DNA of 64,000 bases from a virus (Duplodnaviria > Caudoviricetes). This document shows positions 20,159 to 30,039 of this stretch, in pieces; within the stretch, counting starts at the first letter, position 1, and every line of letters starts with the position of its first letter. The stretch spans positions 39,363 through 103,362 of the IMG/VR virus record IMGVR_UViG_2795385840_000015; one strand, written 5' to 3'. The position numbers were made by a program, and so were the translations under genes. The notes under the pieces are model-generated. The model did not search any database, was not told the DNA's origin, and worked only from the letters and a program-made list of their open reading frames with translations.

Positions 20159-20608
20159 ATGGCTAAGACTCAGGCAGAGTCCGATATGGATGATCCGCAA
20201 GAGGCTTTCGCGTGGATGTTCGCGGCGGGTATTCCCGATCCGCGAGGGGGCGGGGGCAAGTTCCCTAATCAGCCACTAGTGCCGTCACCGTGTTGGCCGG
20301 CGCTTTCTCAGATGTTGTGGGACTTCGGGTGCCGGTTTCATGCGGACAAGCAGACCAAGTGGATTGAGCAGGCAGGGGGGCCGCTTAACAACTTTTCTGT
20401 TGGGCGGCTTTCGGATTCGCGTCCGGAAGAGGTTGTTGCGGACGTGGCCGCGATGGCTGTTGATCAGTTTCCGGCGATTGCGGCCGAGGTGGCGGCGGTG
20501 CAGCCGGGGGATCACGAGAAGGCGATTAAGGAGTTTGAGGGGCGGCTGCTGGATAGCGTCTCGCGGCTTAGCGCCGCGCGTGAGCGTTTGGAGAGGGGGG
20601 ATCTCTAA
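20159..20608 (+). CDS. Minor tail-associated protein (DUF2744-like)
   Basis: DDPQEAFAW..SQMLWDFGCR. Confidence 0.7.
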   Translation: MAKTQAESDMDDPQEAFAWMFAAGIPDPRGGGGKFPNQPLVPSPCWPALSQMLWDFGCRFHADKQTKWIEQAGGPLNNFSVGRLSDSRPEEVVADVAAMAVDQFPAIAAEVAAVQPGDHEKAIKEFEGRLLDSVSRLSAARERLERGDL

Positions 20609-22071
20609 TGACCATGCCTAGCGGTGTTGCCGGTTTGGATGCTGGCGGCTGGCTTGCTAATTGGGTTGATGGCAAGGGGAATGCCCCCGATTTGTCGGGT
20701 TTGGCGGGGCGGACGCGGGATAACGTCACGGACTACTACCGCAACCAAGTTCAGGGTGAAACATCTTGGCAGCAGGCATCTTTGACCTTTTTCACCAATA
20801 TCTTGCACGGGTTTCGGGATCTTGGGCAGTTCATCACGCTTATTACTAAGGCGATTACGGGGCAGTCGGGCGGCCTAGCTGAGCTTGCCGCGTTTGTGAC
20901 TCAGCGTTGGAATGACCTTGCGACGGCGTTTGAGAAGGCGGTCGATTCATTCTTGGGGTTGGGCTGGCTGCGGGATGCGCTGACGGGTATTACTGGTTCG
21001 ACTGATCACCAGGTGATTGACTGGATTGGTCAGTTGTTGACTGCTGCATCGCATTTGGACGCGGGCAAGGTTATTGGCCTGCTGGCGGCTGCGGTGATTC
21101 CGGGCCTGGATGCGTCAAAGATCGTCTCTGGTCAGTTTGCGCAGTCGATGGTCTCTGGGCTTGCGAATGCTCTTTCCAATCTTGTTGACGGATTGACGAA
21201 GGTTGGCGCTGACCTCGGCTCAGTCATTAAGGGTTTGTTTGACGGTTGGTTCGGCGGTGGCGGTACGGGCACCCCGCAAGAGGTCCAGTACACCATTCAG
21301 GCGATTAAGGATGCGGTAGTCAACGGCTACACCGTGAGGACGTTTACGTCGTCGGAGGTGAACTGGGCTAAGCCGCAATGTACCGAGATGGTCGCCGTGT
21401 TGATTGGCGGTGGCCAGAACGGTCCCGAGGGTGTCGATGGGCCTCAGGGGCCGGGGTCGCCTGGCGGTCTGCATGGCTCTTACATTGTTCAGCAATTGGT
21501 GGTTGCCGACCTCCCGGCAGCGTTTGATGTGCAGGTTGGTACGGCGGGGAACCGTTCGTATGTGCGGGTGGCCAACGGTTCTCATACGGGGGCCGTGATT
21601 GTCGAATCGGGTCCACACGGTTCGTCGGGTGGTACCGCAACGACATTCGGGTATGCCGGTACTGCGTCTCAGCCGGGAAGTGGCGGGTTTGGTGCCGCTG
21701 GCGGAAACACCATTGGTGGTCGCGAGGAGACTCCAGGTGGTCCGGGTGCGCCGAGCACCGCGGCGGCGGGTGGAACGGCTGGTGCTGCGGGTAAGGACGC
21801 CAATAGTGGCGGCGATGGCGGCGCGGGCGGGAACGTTTCGGCTGGTGCGCTGACCAAGTGTGGCGGCGGCGGTGGCGGCGGCGGTGGCCGTGGCGGCGGT
21901 GGTGCGGCATTTCAGCGGGCCGGTAACGGTGGCCGTGGCGGTCCTGGCGGTTATCCCGGTGGTGGTGGCGGTGCCGGTGGCGGGCGCGGAATGAACGCGA
22001 CGTATGGCAATGGCAATCAAGGGCCTGGTGGCCCTGGTGCTGCCGGGGTTGTGTGGTTGTTCTACAGGTAA
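20608..22071 (+). CDS. Minor tail protein with Gly-rich C-terminal domain
   Basis: LDASKIVSGQF motif; IGGG..GYPGGGGG. Confidence 0.8.
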   Translation: MTMPSGVAGLDAGGWLANWVDGKGNAPDLSGLAGRTRDNVTDYYRNQVQGETSWQQASLTFFTNILHGFRDLGQFITLITKAITGQSGGLAELAAFVTQRWNDLATAFEKAVDSFLGLGWLRDALTGITGSTDHQVIDWIGQLLTAASHLDAGKVIGLLAAAVIPGLDASKIVSGQFAQSMVSGLANALSNLVDGLTKVGADLGSVIKGLFDGWFGGGGTGTPQEVQYTIQAIKDAVVNGYTVRTFTSSEVNWAKPQCTEMVAVLIGGGQNGPEGVDGPQGPGSPGGLHGSYIVQQLVVADLPAAFDVQVGTAGNRSYVRVANGSHTGAVIVESGPHGSSGGTATTFGYAGTASQPGSGGFGAAGGNTIGGREETPGGPGAPSTAAAGGTAGAAGKDANSGGDGGAGGNVSAGALTKCGGGGGGGGGRGGGGAAFQRAGNGGRGGPGGYPGGGGGAGGGRGMNATYGNGNQGPGGPGAAGVVWLFYR

Positions 22072-22080
22072 GGGGGTTTG

Positions 22081-22407
22081 ATGGCTACGGCTGAATTGGT
22101 GGCGCGAATGTTGCCGCAGTTCTGTCCTACGACGAATCACTACAAGTGCTCGGACGGCAAGTATTTGCTTGTCACCAAGCCTACGTTGGATTCTGTTGGG
22201 ACGCTTAAGAAGACGTTGGGTCTAACGGTGCCCGTTGCGGCATCGCACTTGCCGCCGAATGTTGATGTGTTTTTGTCCAACGTTGACGCGGAGGTTGTGG
22301 ATGCGGACGGCGATCCTACAAATGGACTAACGCCTATTGCGCGTGTCGCGGCTGATAGTCACGAAGCCGCGTTGGCATCGCTCGGTTATTCGCTTAAGGG
22401 GGAGTAG
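22081..22407 (+). CDS. Phage hypothetical protein
   Basis: TNHYKCSDGKYLLVT..DADGDPTNGLTP. Confidence 0.75.
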   Translation: MATAELVARMLPQFCPTTNHYKCSDGKYLLVTKPTLDSVGTLKKTLGLTVPVAASHLPPNVDVFLSNVDAEVVDADGDPTNGLTPIARVAADSHEAALASLGYSLKGE

Positions 22408-22572
22408 GTGGCCGAGGACGTATATATGCGTGGGGCTGTTAAGGCTTGTGATTCGGCGGTTGCTATCAAGCGTGAAAACGGTTCAGGGCCTATGTCGTGG
22501 GCGGTGATGACTATTGATAATGGCGGGCATTATGGCTCGTTTGATGAGGTTGCGGACTGGGAGGACCGATGA
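22408..22572 (+). CDS. Small phage protein (54 aa)
   Basis: Manual ORF directly after previous stop, GGGGAG RBS. Confidence 0.55.
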   Translation: MAEDVYMRGAVKACDSAVAIKRENGSGPMSWAVMTIDNGGHYGSFDEVADWEDR

Positions 22573-22671
22573 ACCGAATTTATGAATGGCGGGTGAGGTT
22601 GTCTGTGGGCTGGTGGCTTGTTAAGACGCGAGTTCGTCGCTGGCTTGGGTTGTTTTAGATTGGGGGCTTAG

Positions 22672-22968
22672 GTGGCGCTTGTAGCGACCTTGGGGAAGTT
22701 TAAGAAAGATCCGCAGGCGGTCTTGGATTGGACTGTGGATTGGGGACCGTGGCTTACGAAAATGGGCGACGCTATTTCTGAGGTAGCGGCTACTGTTACG
22801 CCGACTGGCGCTTTGAAAGTGGACTCTGTTTCTTTCGCGGGTTCCCAGGTGACAGTTTGGTTGTCGGGCGGTGTCGCGGGCTCGTCTTACCAGGTCACGG
22901 TTCATGTGACGACGGCTGGCGGGCGTCAAGATGATCGGTCTTTTGTTATTGACTGTAAGGACATGTGA
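22672..22968 (+). CDS. Phage virion-associated protein
   Basis: KDPQAVLDWTVDW..VWLSGG..GRQDDRS. Confidence 0.75.
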   Translation: MALVATLGKFKKDPQAVLDWTVDWGPWLTKMGDAISEVAATVTPTGALKVDSVSFAGSQVTVWLSGGVAGSSYQVTVHVTTAGGRQDDRSFVIDCKDM

Positions 22969-23060
22969 TGGCAGAGAATCAGAATGACGAGATTGTGTTA
23001 CAGGTTGTGACTTGGGCTGAGGCCGAGGTCAGGGATGCTGATGGCAATATAAAGCGGTAG
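22968..23060 (+). CDS. Very small phage protein (30 aa)
   Basis: TGATG coupling; WAEAEVRDADGNIK. Confidence 0.4.
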   Translation: MAENQNDEIVLQVVTWAEAEVRDADGNIKR

Positions 23061-23101
23061 CTTTCGTTTCATAATTTAATAACAATTGAATAGGGGTATT
23101 T

Positions 23102-23488
23102 ATGGCTAGCGGCTTGAGTGCTGTTAACTTGGCCAATAAGTGGCTTAACATTCTTAGGGGTGCCGCTTTTACGCCACCGGCGGGGGTCTATGCCAGGTTG
23201 CATTTGGACGATCCGGGGCCTAACGGGACTGCGAATGCATCGGTTGTTGCAACTCGGATTCAGGTAGCGTATTCGCCCGCTGCGAATGGTGCGATTGTGC
23301 TTACGGGTACTAATCCGCAATTCACGATGACGGCGACGGAGACGATTAAGTATGTGTCGTTCTGGGATGATGCGACGGCGGGGAATTTTCTGTGGTCTGC
23401 CCCGTTGGCTGCGCCTCGCAATGTGGTTGCGACGGACACGTTGACGCTTGTTTCTGCGGGTGTGACGTTGGGGCCTTTGGCGGCGTAA
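23102..23488 (+). CDS. Minor tail protein
   Basis: LHLDDPG..FWDDATAGNFLW. Confidence 0.75.
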   Translation: MASGLSAVNLANKWLNILRGAAFTPPAGVYARLHLDDPGPNGTANASVVATRIQVAYSPAANGAIVLTGTNPQFTMTATETIKYVSFWDDATAGNFLWSAPLAAPRNVVATDTLTLVSAGVTLGPLAA

Positions 23489-25021
23489 GTGGCGTTGGGG
23501 CTGACTACTTATACGTCTGGCTCCGGTTCATATGCACTGCCACCCGAGGCGAATCGGGTTGACGTGATCTTGCTCGGTGGTGGCGGTGGCGGCGGTGGTG
23601 GTGACGGAGGTCAGAGCACTACTGGAGAGGGCGGCAAGAAAGGTACTTGGCAGACAGTCACTTTGGTGCGTCCAGATGGCGGTTCGTGGGCGGTTCCGTC
23701 TGTCGGTTGGGCAGTTGGCGGCGGCGGTGAGGCTGGAAAGGTCGAGAAGTCTGGTGGTAGTGGTGGTGACTCCACGGCGACCTTCAATGGCGCGACAACC
23801 ACAGCCAGCGGTGGCGCGGGCGGTGCGGGCGCTTATGCGGGCAACGGTAAGGATACTCCGGGCGAGTCGCCGGGAAACGTTACGTACAACGGCAATACCT
23901 ATGTCGGGGGTGAGGCAGCTGCGGCGAACAAGCCGGGCAATTCGCCCGGTGGCGGCGGCGGTCCTGGCACGGGCGGCATCTTTGGCCCTATAGGCAATTA
24001 CAAGCCCGGTCAACCTGGTGGAGCGGGGCAAGTGTGGTTTTACGCTTGGTATGCGCCGATTGCGTGGACTGCCAACGCCAGCTTGGTGGTTACAGCTGCG
24101 GTGGCGGCTAGGTGTTCGCGGGGGCAGTCAATGGGCGCAGATGTGAGTGTGACGGCTTCACCCACTATGACGCCGACGAATAACCACAAGGCTATGTCTG
24201 CGCTATTCGTAAACACTGTGCTTAGCGGCTCGGCTTTCCGAACTACCTACGGGTCAACGGATTTAGCTATCTCTGTATCGACAGATGTTGACACCACCAA
24301 GACGAAGATTCTGGTTGGCGATCTGGCTGTGACGATGGTTCCACAGGTTGCCGTGTCGTTGGGCCAGTCATTCAGTGCTGGGCTGGCGGTGTCGGCGGTG
24401 CTCTCGGCAGCTCTCTCAAATGGTTTGTCGGGGTCTGCGGTACTGCCGATTTCCGCGATGTTCACGGCGGCTGCGGAGCGGTCCGCGCGGGTGTCGGCTG
24501 ACTTGGCCGTAATGGCTTTCATGTCCGCCGACGCTCGGCGCACTACGCATGGCTCAGCGGCGCTGAACGTCGCAGTCGGACTTAACCCGCAAGCGACCTC
24601 TGGTGCTGTGGGGGACGCGAACCTAACGGTGTCTGCTGCATTGACAGCGGCAGCCGTCGTTAACCGGCTCGCCTCTGCGGACTTCGGCGTTACTGCTGCC
24701 CTTTCGGCCTCGCTAGCTGCGGTCTTGGCGGCAGCTGCCGACCTTGCCGTTGTGGCGTCCACGTGGGTTCAAGATGGCCGGCCACGCGAGATTGTTGACG
24801 TACCGAGTGCGTCTCGCCTCGTGGCCGTTCTGCCCGACAGCCGTTTCGCGGTGGTGGATGAGCAGAGCCGTATTACCACTGTCGCCTTTGAAGACAGGGG
24901 AGTTGTTGTGGACGGAATTGTTTACAAGGTGTCCGTGGATGCTATGTCGCGTTTTTCGACTGTGGCCGAGGATGACCGTTTTATTGAGGTGCCGGAGGGA
25001 CTTACTGGCGTCTCTGTCTAA
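23489..25021 (+). CDS. Minor tail/fibre protein (Gly-rich domain + Ala/Val/Ser repeats)
   Basis: VDVILLGGGGGGG; repeated ADLAV units. Confidence 0.75.
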   Translation: MALGLTTYTSGSGSYALPPEANRVDVILLGGGGGGGGGDGGQSTTGEGGKKGTWQTVTLVRPDGGSWAVPSVGWAVGGGGEAGKVEKSGGSGGDSTATFNGATTTASGGAGGAGAYAGNGKDTPGESPGNVTYNGNTYVGGEAAAANKPGNSPGGGGGPGTGGIFGPIGNYKPGQPGGAGQVWFYAWYAPIAWTANASLVVTAAVAARCSRGQSMGADVSVTASPTMTPTNNHKAMSALFVNTVLSGSAFRTTYGSTDLAISVSTDVDTTKTKILVGDLAVTMVPQVAVSLGQSFSAGLAVSAVLSAALSNGLSGSAVLPISAMFTAAAERSARVSADLAVMAFMSADARRTTHGSAALNVAVGLNPQATSGAVGDANLTVSAALTAAAVVNRLASADFGVTAALSASLAAVLAAAADLAVVASTWVQDGRPREIVDVPSASRLVAVLPDSRFAVVDEQSRITTVAFEDRGVVVDGIVYKVSVDAMSRFSTVAEDDRFIEVPEGLTGVSV

Positions 25022-25042
25022 TTGCCGTAGGGGGGTTATTAG

Positions 25043-25984
25043 GTGTTGGGATTTGACCCTACGCTGGACACTATTTGCTTGTCGGCGGGGTCTGGTTTGG
25101 ATATTCCCGAATGGCAGTTGCGCGGTAAGTATCCGCAGGGAACGGAAGCGCAGCTTGTCTTTACTGACGATGTGGGGGCCGTCCTGGCTCAGTTTGAGGG
25201 CCGGATCGGTGCTACGGGAGTCGCTTTTACAGAGGACGAGCCTGCGGTTAAAGCGCTTCCGCATGGGACGCATTTCGATATTTTGTTGACGTACCCGGAT
25301 GGGCGTGCTCATAAGCTTAGGTACGGGATTGTCGTTCGTAAGGAATCGCGTTATCCGTTGTCTAAGGTTATTTCGCCGGAGGACGCGGCACGTCAGTACA
25401 CGGCAGATTTCAGGGGTAAGTATATCGGGCCGATGTGGCAGCCACTTGGTAATGGCTTGGGGTCACTCGGTATTCATACGCATGAGTTGATCTCGCAAGA
25501 TCCTTCGATGGGTCCGAATTATTCGCTGTTTACTTCGGCGTGTGCTCGGTGGCGTTGGCCTATGAGTATGGATTCTGTGACGATCAACCTTAAGGTGCTG
25601 AATGTTGGTGCCGGTAAGTTGAACGTGATTGTCTGCGGCGACTATGCACTTGAGAGTTATTTGGGCATCCAGTTTGAGACTGGTGTTGTTAACAACAAGC
25701 TGCATGTTATTACTGGCAAGGGGCCGCTTGGCTGGGATTATCGGGGTGATCCGGTAAATAACACTACCGCTAATGGTGAGGTTTATTCGGTTAAGTACAA
25801 CTTTTTGTCTAACACGATTGCTTGCTATAAGGGTACGGCTTTGACGCCTGTCATTTCGTGGACGGATACGGACAACCTTGTGCCACATGGCGAGGGTTTC
25901 CGCTATACGGGCTTGTCTTGGAATACGGCTTTGTTGTCGCCGGGTGTTGAGCCTACCGCTTGGGAGGCTAAGGATGGCGTCTAG
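25043..25984 (+). CDS. Minor tail protein, possible receptor-binding
   Basis: Beta-rich; YGIVVRKE, HGEGFRY; last tail gene. Confidence 0.7.
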   Translation: MLGFDPTLDTICLSAGSGLDIPEWQLRGKYPQGTEAQLVFTDDVGAVLAQFEGRIGATGVAFTEDEPAVKALPHGTHFDILLTYPDGRAHKLRYGIVVRKESRYPLSKVISPEDAARQYTADFRGKYIGPMWQPLGNGLGSLGIHTHELISQDPSMGPNYSLFTSACARWRWPMSMDSVTINLKVLNVGAGKLNVIVCGDYALESYLGIQFETGVVNNKLHVITGKGPLGWDYRGDPVNNTTANGEVYSVKYNFLSNTIACYKGTALTPVISWTDTDNLVPHGEGFRYTGLSWNTALLSPGVEPTAWEAKDGV

Positions 25985-27146
25985 GGATGATTATGCCCGC
26001 GCAATTATCGCGGAGGGCAAGCGTAGAGGGATTACTGCGCGCGGTATTCAGATTGGTTTGGCGACGGCGATAGTCGAGTCTGCGTTAAAGATGTGGGCGA
26101 ATGGGAAGGTGCCGGAGTCATTCAATTATCCGCATGATGCGGTGGGTGACGATGGTTATTCGGTGGGGCTGTTCCAGCAGCAGATTGTGATGGGGCCTTA
26201 TGGCTGGTGGTGGGCGGATTGTGCTACGTGTATGAATCCGACTCTATCGGCGGGGTTGTTCTTTGATCGGCTTGCGAAGTTGCCTTATGACGATGCGTTG
26301 CGGTTGCCGGGGAGTTTCGCGCAGCAGGTTCAACAGTCGGACTTTCCTGAGCGTTATGACCAGCGTTTCGCCGAGGCTGTCGCGCTATTTAACAGGCTAG
26401 AGGGGGATGTTTTGGTCGATAGGCCAGACTTTAATGAGTACGCGAACTGGACTAAGAATTACCAGAGTCGCGGCAATACAAAAATTGATCTGATCCTTTT
26501 GCATACGCAAGAGGGTGGTGGCGGTGATGATGCAGCCGATAACCTTGCCAAATATATTCGCAGCACAGAGGGGGGTGCTAATCCGGTCTCTTACCACAAT
26601 GTGCTAAGTCAGGCATCGGATGGCGGCACCACAGTGGTTGACTGCGTGGATACTGATTTGGCGTCCTGGTCAGTTGGTAATGGTAATAACCGTTCTATCA
26701 ATTATTGCTTTGCGGGTTCTTATGCAAAGTGGACCCGCGCCGAGTGGTTGAAAAATGCAGGTAAGGCTATTGATGTTGCCGCATACCTGGCTGTGCAAGA
26801 CTGCCGCAAGTATGGGATTCCCGCCACGGTAATTAAGCCTCCGTATAAGGCGGGGGCTGGCATCTCCGATCACCGGTATGTGACTCAGGTTCTTAAATGG
26901 GGCTCGCATACCGATGTCGGTGATGGTTTCCCGTGGGATGTGTTTGAGGCCGCTGTGAACAAGTACGCCGGAAACGACACGGCCACACCAGGATTCAATT
27001 ACCCGCCTACCGATGTGATGATCCGCGAGATTTGGGAGCAGCTACGCGGGCCGGAGGGTAAGGGTTGGCCGCAGCTTGGGAAAAACGCTGCGGGCGAGAA
27101 TCTTTCGCTTGTTGATGCGGTCGCAGACCTTAAGGCGGCGGCGTAA
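25974..27146 (+). CDS. lysA: Lysin A (N-terminal lysozyme-like domain + Amidase_2 + wall-binding tail)
   Basis: VES..SVGLFQQ; LLHTQEG..VSYH..DH..HTDVG; LRGP.G.GWPQLG. Confidence 0.9.
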   Translation: MASRDDYARAIIAEGKRRGITARGIQIGLATAIVESALKMWANGKVPESFNYPHDAVGDDGYSVGLFQQQIVMGPYGWWWADCATCMNPTLSAGLFFDRLAKLPYDDALRLPGSFAQQVQQSDFPERYDQRFAEAVALFNRLEGDVLVDRPDFNEYANWTKNYQSRGNTKIDLILLHTQEGGGGDDAADNLAKYIRSTEGGANPVSYHNVLSQASDGGTTVVDCVDTDLASWSVGNGNNRSINYCFAGSYAKWTRAEWLKNAGKAIDVAAYLAVQDCRKYGIPATVIKPPYKAGAGISDHRYVTQVLKWGSHTDVGDGFPWDVFEAAVNKYAGNDTATPGFNYPPTDVMIREIWEQLRGPEGKGWPQLGKNAAGENLSLVDAVADLKAAA

Positions 27147-28225
27147 TGAAAGATGCTAACGGTAATTGGATCGGCTATGGCGTCGGGGATAAGGGTGTTG
27201 AGGTTGAGGCGATCAATCGGAAGCTGCACGACAAGTACCAGTGGGCGCGTACCGCTGGCGTCGAGTTGGGCGAGACCTACACAAAGGCGACGGCTTGGGC
27301 GATCAGTGAGTTTTGTCGACGTGTCGGACTGCCGATTGTGTTTGACCCTAAAGGTGATGCGGTTGCGAACTTGGCGATCCGTATCCGCTTGGGCTCGTAT
27401 GTGGTGCCGCCGCCACCGCCTCCTAAGCGTGGCCCGCTCACGTTGTTCACTGTTGCCGGTACTTGGGCAGATATGTGGTCAGGCTTTCCAGCGGATGTGG
27501 CCAACGGCCTGGATAAGGCTTACTGGTTCTGGCAGCCGGTCAACTATCCGGCTTCATTCGGGCCTGTCGGTGGTGGCCCCGCGCCTTCATATGAAGAGTC
27601 GGTAGCGGTTGGTGTCGAGGAGCTGGTTCGGCTTATCGAAATTACGCCGGGCCGGTTCGCGTTGTGCGGGTACAGCCAGGGGGCCGAGGTTGTGGCTCGT
27701 GTGCTTATTGAGTTGATCGGTGGCCGGCTAGCGGGCCGTCTTAAGGACTGCCTCTGGTACGTGGCATTCGGTGACCCTGCGCGGCAGCCAGGCGTGTGCG
27801 TGGGCCGCGATCCGGGCGGTTCCGGGATATCGGGTATCCGGTTCACGGTTCCGGCTTCTGTGAAGATGCTGGACTACGCGTTGGACGGCGACATGTATTG
27901 CACGACCCCAGACAACACCGAGGGCGGTACGAACATGCGGGCGGTCTACAAGGCGCTAACAAAGATGCAGATCCATGACCCTGGCCGGGACATCATCTCG
28001 GCCCTGACGGGTGACCCATCGCTTATGCGCCAGTTGATGAAACTGTTTAGCGATCCGGTTACAGGGGGGATTGGGTTGATTGATGCGTTGTTTCGGCTGG
28101 CCAAGTTCGCTGTTACTAACGCGCATGTCCGCTACGGGGAGCTTGAGGTGTTGCCGGGGCTTACAGCAGTGCAGCACGCAATTAATACGTTGAATGCTGA
28201 TGCCGCGAGGATGCTTGCGGCCTAA
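27146..28225 (+). CDS. lysB: Lysin B (cutinase-like esterase)
   Basis: GYSQG nucleophile elbow, FGDPAR, DGDMY; N-terminal PG-binding region. Confidence 0.9.
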   Translation: MKDANGNWIGYGVGDKGVEVEAINRKLHDKYQWARTAGVELGETYTKATAWAISEFCRRVGLPIVFDPKGDAVANLAIRIRLGSYVVPPPPPPKRGPLTLFTVAGTWADMWSGFPADVANGLDKAYWFWQPVNYPASFGPVGGGPAPSYEESVAVGVEELVRLIEITPGRFALCGYSQGAEVVARVLIELIGGRLAGRLKDCLWYVAFGDPARQPGVCVGRDPGGSGISGIRFTVPASVKMLDYALDGDMYCTTPDNTEGGTNMRAVYKALTKMQIHDPGRDIISALTGDPSLMRQLMKLFSDPVTGGIGLIDALFRLAKFAVTNAHVRYGELEVLPGLTAVQHAINTLNADAARMLAA

Positions 28226-28241
28226 CTAGGGGGAACTTGTT

Positions 28242-28655
28242 TTGTTGATTTATGACCAGCAGATTAAGACGCTGGATGATTCGTTCACTGGCGACAGGGT
28301 GACGCTGCTAGCTGTTGCAGATGGGAAGGTAGACAAGCATTTTCGCTTGAACTATGCATGGGCTAAGCATGCCGCCGATAACGGGAAGCTCAAGAGTATT
28401 TCCGTGGTGGTGTCGGTCGGTAGTGCGAGCTGGCTGCACACGCTGGCTGCGGCAAAGTTGGCGATTGGCGGGGTGCGGTTGCATTCAGCCGCGAAGTTCC
28501 AAATCAAGGTTGATGGGGGCGGGTCGAGTGTTGCTGCGGGCAAGGTCGCTGAGGGGCTGACGGAGTATTCGGCACCGATTGTTGAGGCGGTGGCCGATAA
28601 GGCGGGTGTTCGTTCGCGGCGCTCGCAGGTTAAGGATGACGATAAGGGGGAGTAG
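28242..28655 (+). CDS. Hypothetical protein resembling a degenerate GH25 lysin fragment
   Basis: DDSF..DG..DKHF..NYAW...A.DNGKL pattern; GGGG RBS. Confidence 0.5.
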   Translation: MLIYDQQIKTLDDSFTGDRVTLLAVADGKVDKHFRLNYAWAKHAADNGKLKSISVVVSVGSASWLHTLAAAKLAIGGVRLHSAAKFQIKVDGGGSSVAAGKVAEGLTEYSAPIVEAVADKAGVRSRRSQVKDDDKGE

Positions 28656-28871
28656 ATGAAGGTATTTGGTCGGAAGCCGTCAGAGTTGCGTAAGACTGCG
28701 GTGGTTGTGCTCGGGGCGTTAACGGTTCTGGTGGCTGCGGTCCCGGCAGGGTTGCCTGCGCAGCTGGCGGGCGCGCTGGCTGCGGTGGGTTTGGCGGTTA
28801 AGGCGCTGCATCTGTATCTGACCAATCCGAGTGTTGCTGACTTGATCGATTCTACTGACGATATTCAGTAG
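28656..28871 (+). CDS. Holin
   Basis: 71 aa, two TM helices, in lysis cassette. Confidence 0.75.
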   Translation: MKVFGRKPSELRKTAVVVLGALTVLVAAVPAGLPAQLAGALAAVGLAVKALHLYLTNPSVADLIDSTDDIQ

Positions 28872-28882
28872 GGCGGTGAGGT

Positions 28883-29299
28883 TTGGAAGCGGATTGGGCG
28901 AGGCTGCTATCTGAGAATTGGCCGACGCTCACGTTGGTTGCGGCTCTGCTGTTCGGCATTTACGTGTGTGTCCGTTTCCTGGTTTTGACCTTTGACTCTG
29001 TTAGTCGTGCGCTGGGGCCGGTTGGGAAGTTCATCCGGTCCCGGCGCGCTATCTCTAAGGCAGAGGCGGATGGTTTGCGCCGTCAGGTGGGATACCTAGA
29101 CGGCCAAGTCAGGTCATTGTTGTATCGGGATGAGTGTTATTTCGCGTACATGCTCGCGGACCAGGAATGGCATCACAGGCATGAGCTTTTGGCGGCTGCT
29201 AATGGATGGACTTTTGAGCCTCACTTGCCTTTTCTTGCGTTTCGTGATCGGTGGATGCGGGAGCGTGGGCTAGAAAAGGAACTTGAGCTTTGGAGGTAA
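28883..29299 (+). CDS. Membrane protein of lysis cassette (TM + coiled coil)
   Basis: Single N-terminal TM, LRRQVGYLDGQV. Confidence 0.7.
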   Translation: MEADWARLLSENWPTLTLVAALLFGIYVCVRFLVLTFDSVSRALGPVGKFIRSRRAISKAEADGLRRQVGYLDGQVRSLLYRDECYFAYMLADQEWHHRHELLAAANGWTFEPHLPFLAFRDRWMRERGLEKELELWR

Positions 29300-29556
29300 C
29301 TATTTATTCACCGGACGCCCCATGTCAGGGCTGCCGCCTTACTAAGGTCCAGTTGGATTCTAAGGGGGTTCCCTACAGGTCGGTGACGGCGACGGATGCG
29401 CAGATTTCAGCGTTTAAGGCTGATGGGCATTTGAGTTTTCCGGTGGTGGTGGTTGATTGTGGCGATAAGGCTACGTGGAGTTGGAGTGGTTTTAGGATTG
29501 ACCATATTAAACGGTTGATCAGCCTAAGCGACGCTAAAGATGCGACGGCGGCTTAG
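29290..29556 (+). CDS. NrdH-like glutaredoxin
   Basis: VTIYS..CQGC..TK..L...GVPY; FPVVVV..WSGFR. Confidence 0.8.
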   Translation: MEVTIYSPDAPCQGCRLTKVQLDSKGVPYRSVTATDAQISAFKADGHLSFPVVVVDCGDKATWSWSGFRIDHIKRLISLSDAKDATAA

Positions 29557-29565
29557 GAAATATTT

Positions 29566-29628
29566 CGGGCGGGTTAGTGTTTCCCCTTTTGGTTTCCCCA
29601 GGGGTGCACTAGCTCGCCCGATTTTTTT
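29566..29628. terminator. Terminator between late operon and convergent toxin cassette
   Basis: CGGGCGGGTTAGTG...CACTAGCTCGCCCG stem followed by T7. Confidence 0.75.
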
Positions 29629-29634
29629 ATGCCC

Positions 29635-30033
29635 TTAACCGTCTTGCTTACCGTTGATAGGTTCTGCGCCCTCTCGGTACTGGGGCGGCACGTAGAACAG
29701 TTCGGGCGGAATCTCACGTCCAGAGGCGGAATCGTAAATACTTGTTTTCTTTCCTTCTCGGACTATTTCAAGGTCGGACCCGACTGGAAAGTCGTAGATG
29801 AAGATTAATGCAGGCTCTATGTAGCAGACATCGTTGTAGGCGACAATCTGCCAATTGCTCTTATCGTTTAGGTACTCGCTAGTATCAATTTCGCTAATTA
29901 TCTGCCAGCCGTTGTCTGCGCCGCCTGTTGATGGAACACGGACCATCCATCGCACCTTGCCTCGACGTTCCATCACGTTGGTTGTCGCCAGGCATGCGCC
30001 GGAATGCGGGATGAACTCCTTGTATTCGCTCAT
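29635..30033 (-). CDS. Immunity protein candidate (DUF2185/Imm33-like)
   Basis: CLAT..V...VRWMVR..DNGW....DTSEY..IEP....YDFPVG. Confidence 0.75.
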   Translation of the reverse strand: MSEYKEFIPHSGACLATTNVMERRGKVRWMVRVPSTGGADNGWQIISEIDTSEYLNDKSNWQIVAYNDVCYIEPALIFIYDFPVGSDLEIVREGKKTSIYDSASGREIPPELFYVPPQYREGAEPINGKQDG

Positions 30034-30039
30034 TGGAGT

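Noticed and set aside
21400-24050. Gly-rich regions as PE_PGRS or collagen
   Set aside because: No PE domain or Gly-X-Y period; typical Gly-rich minor tail domains
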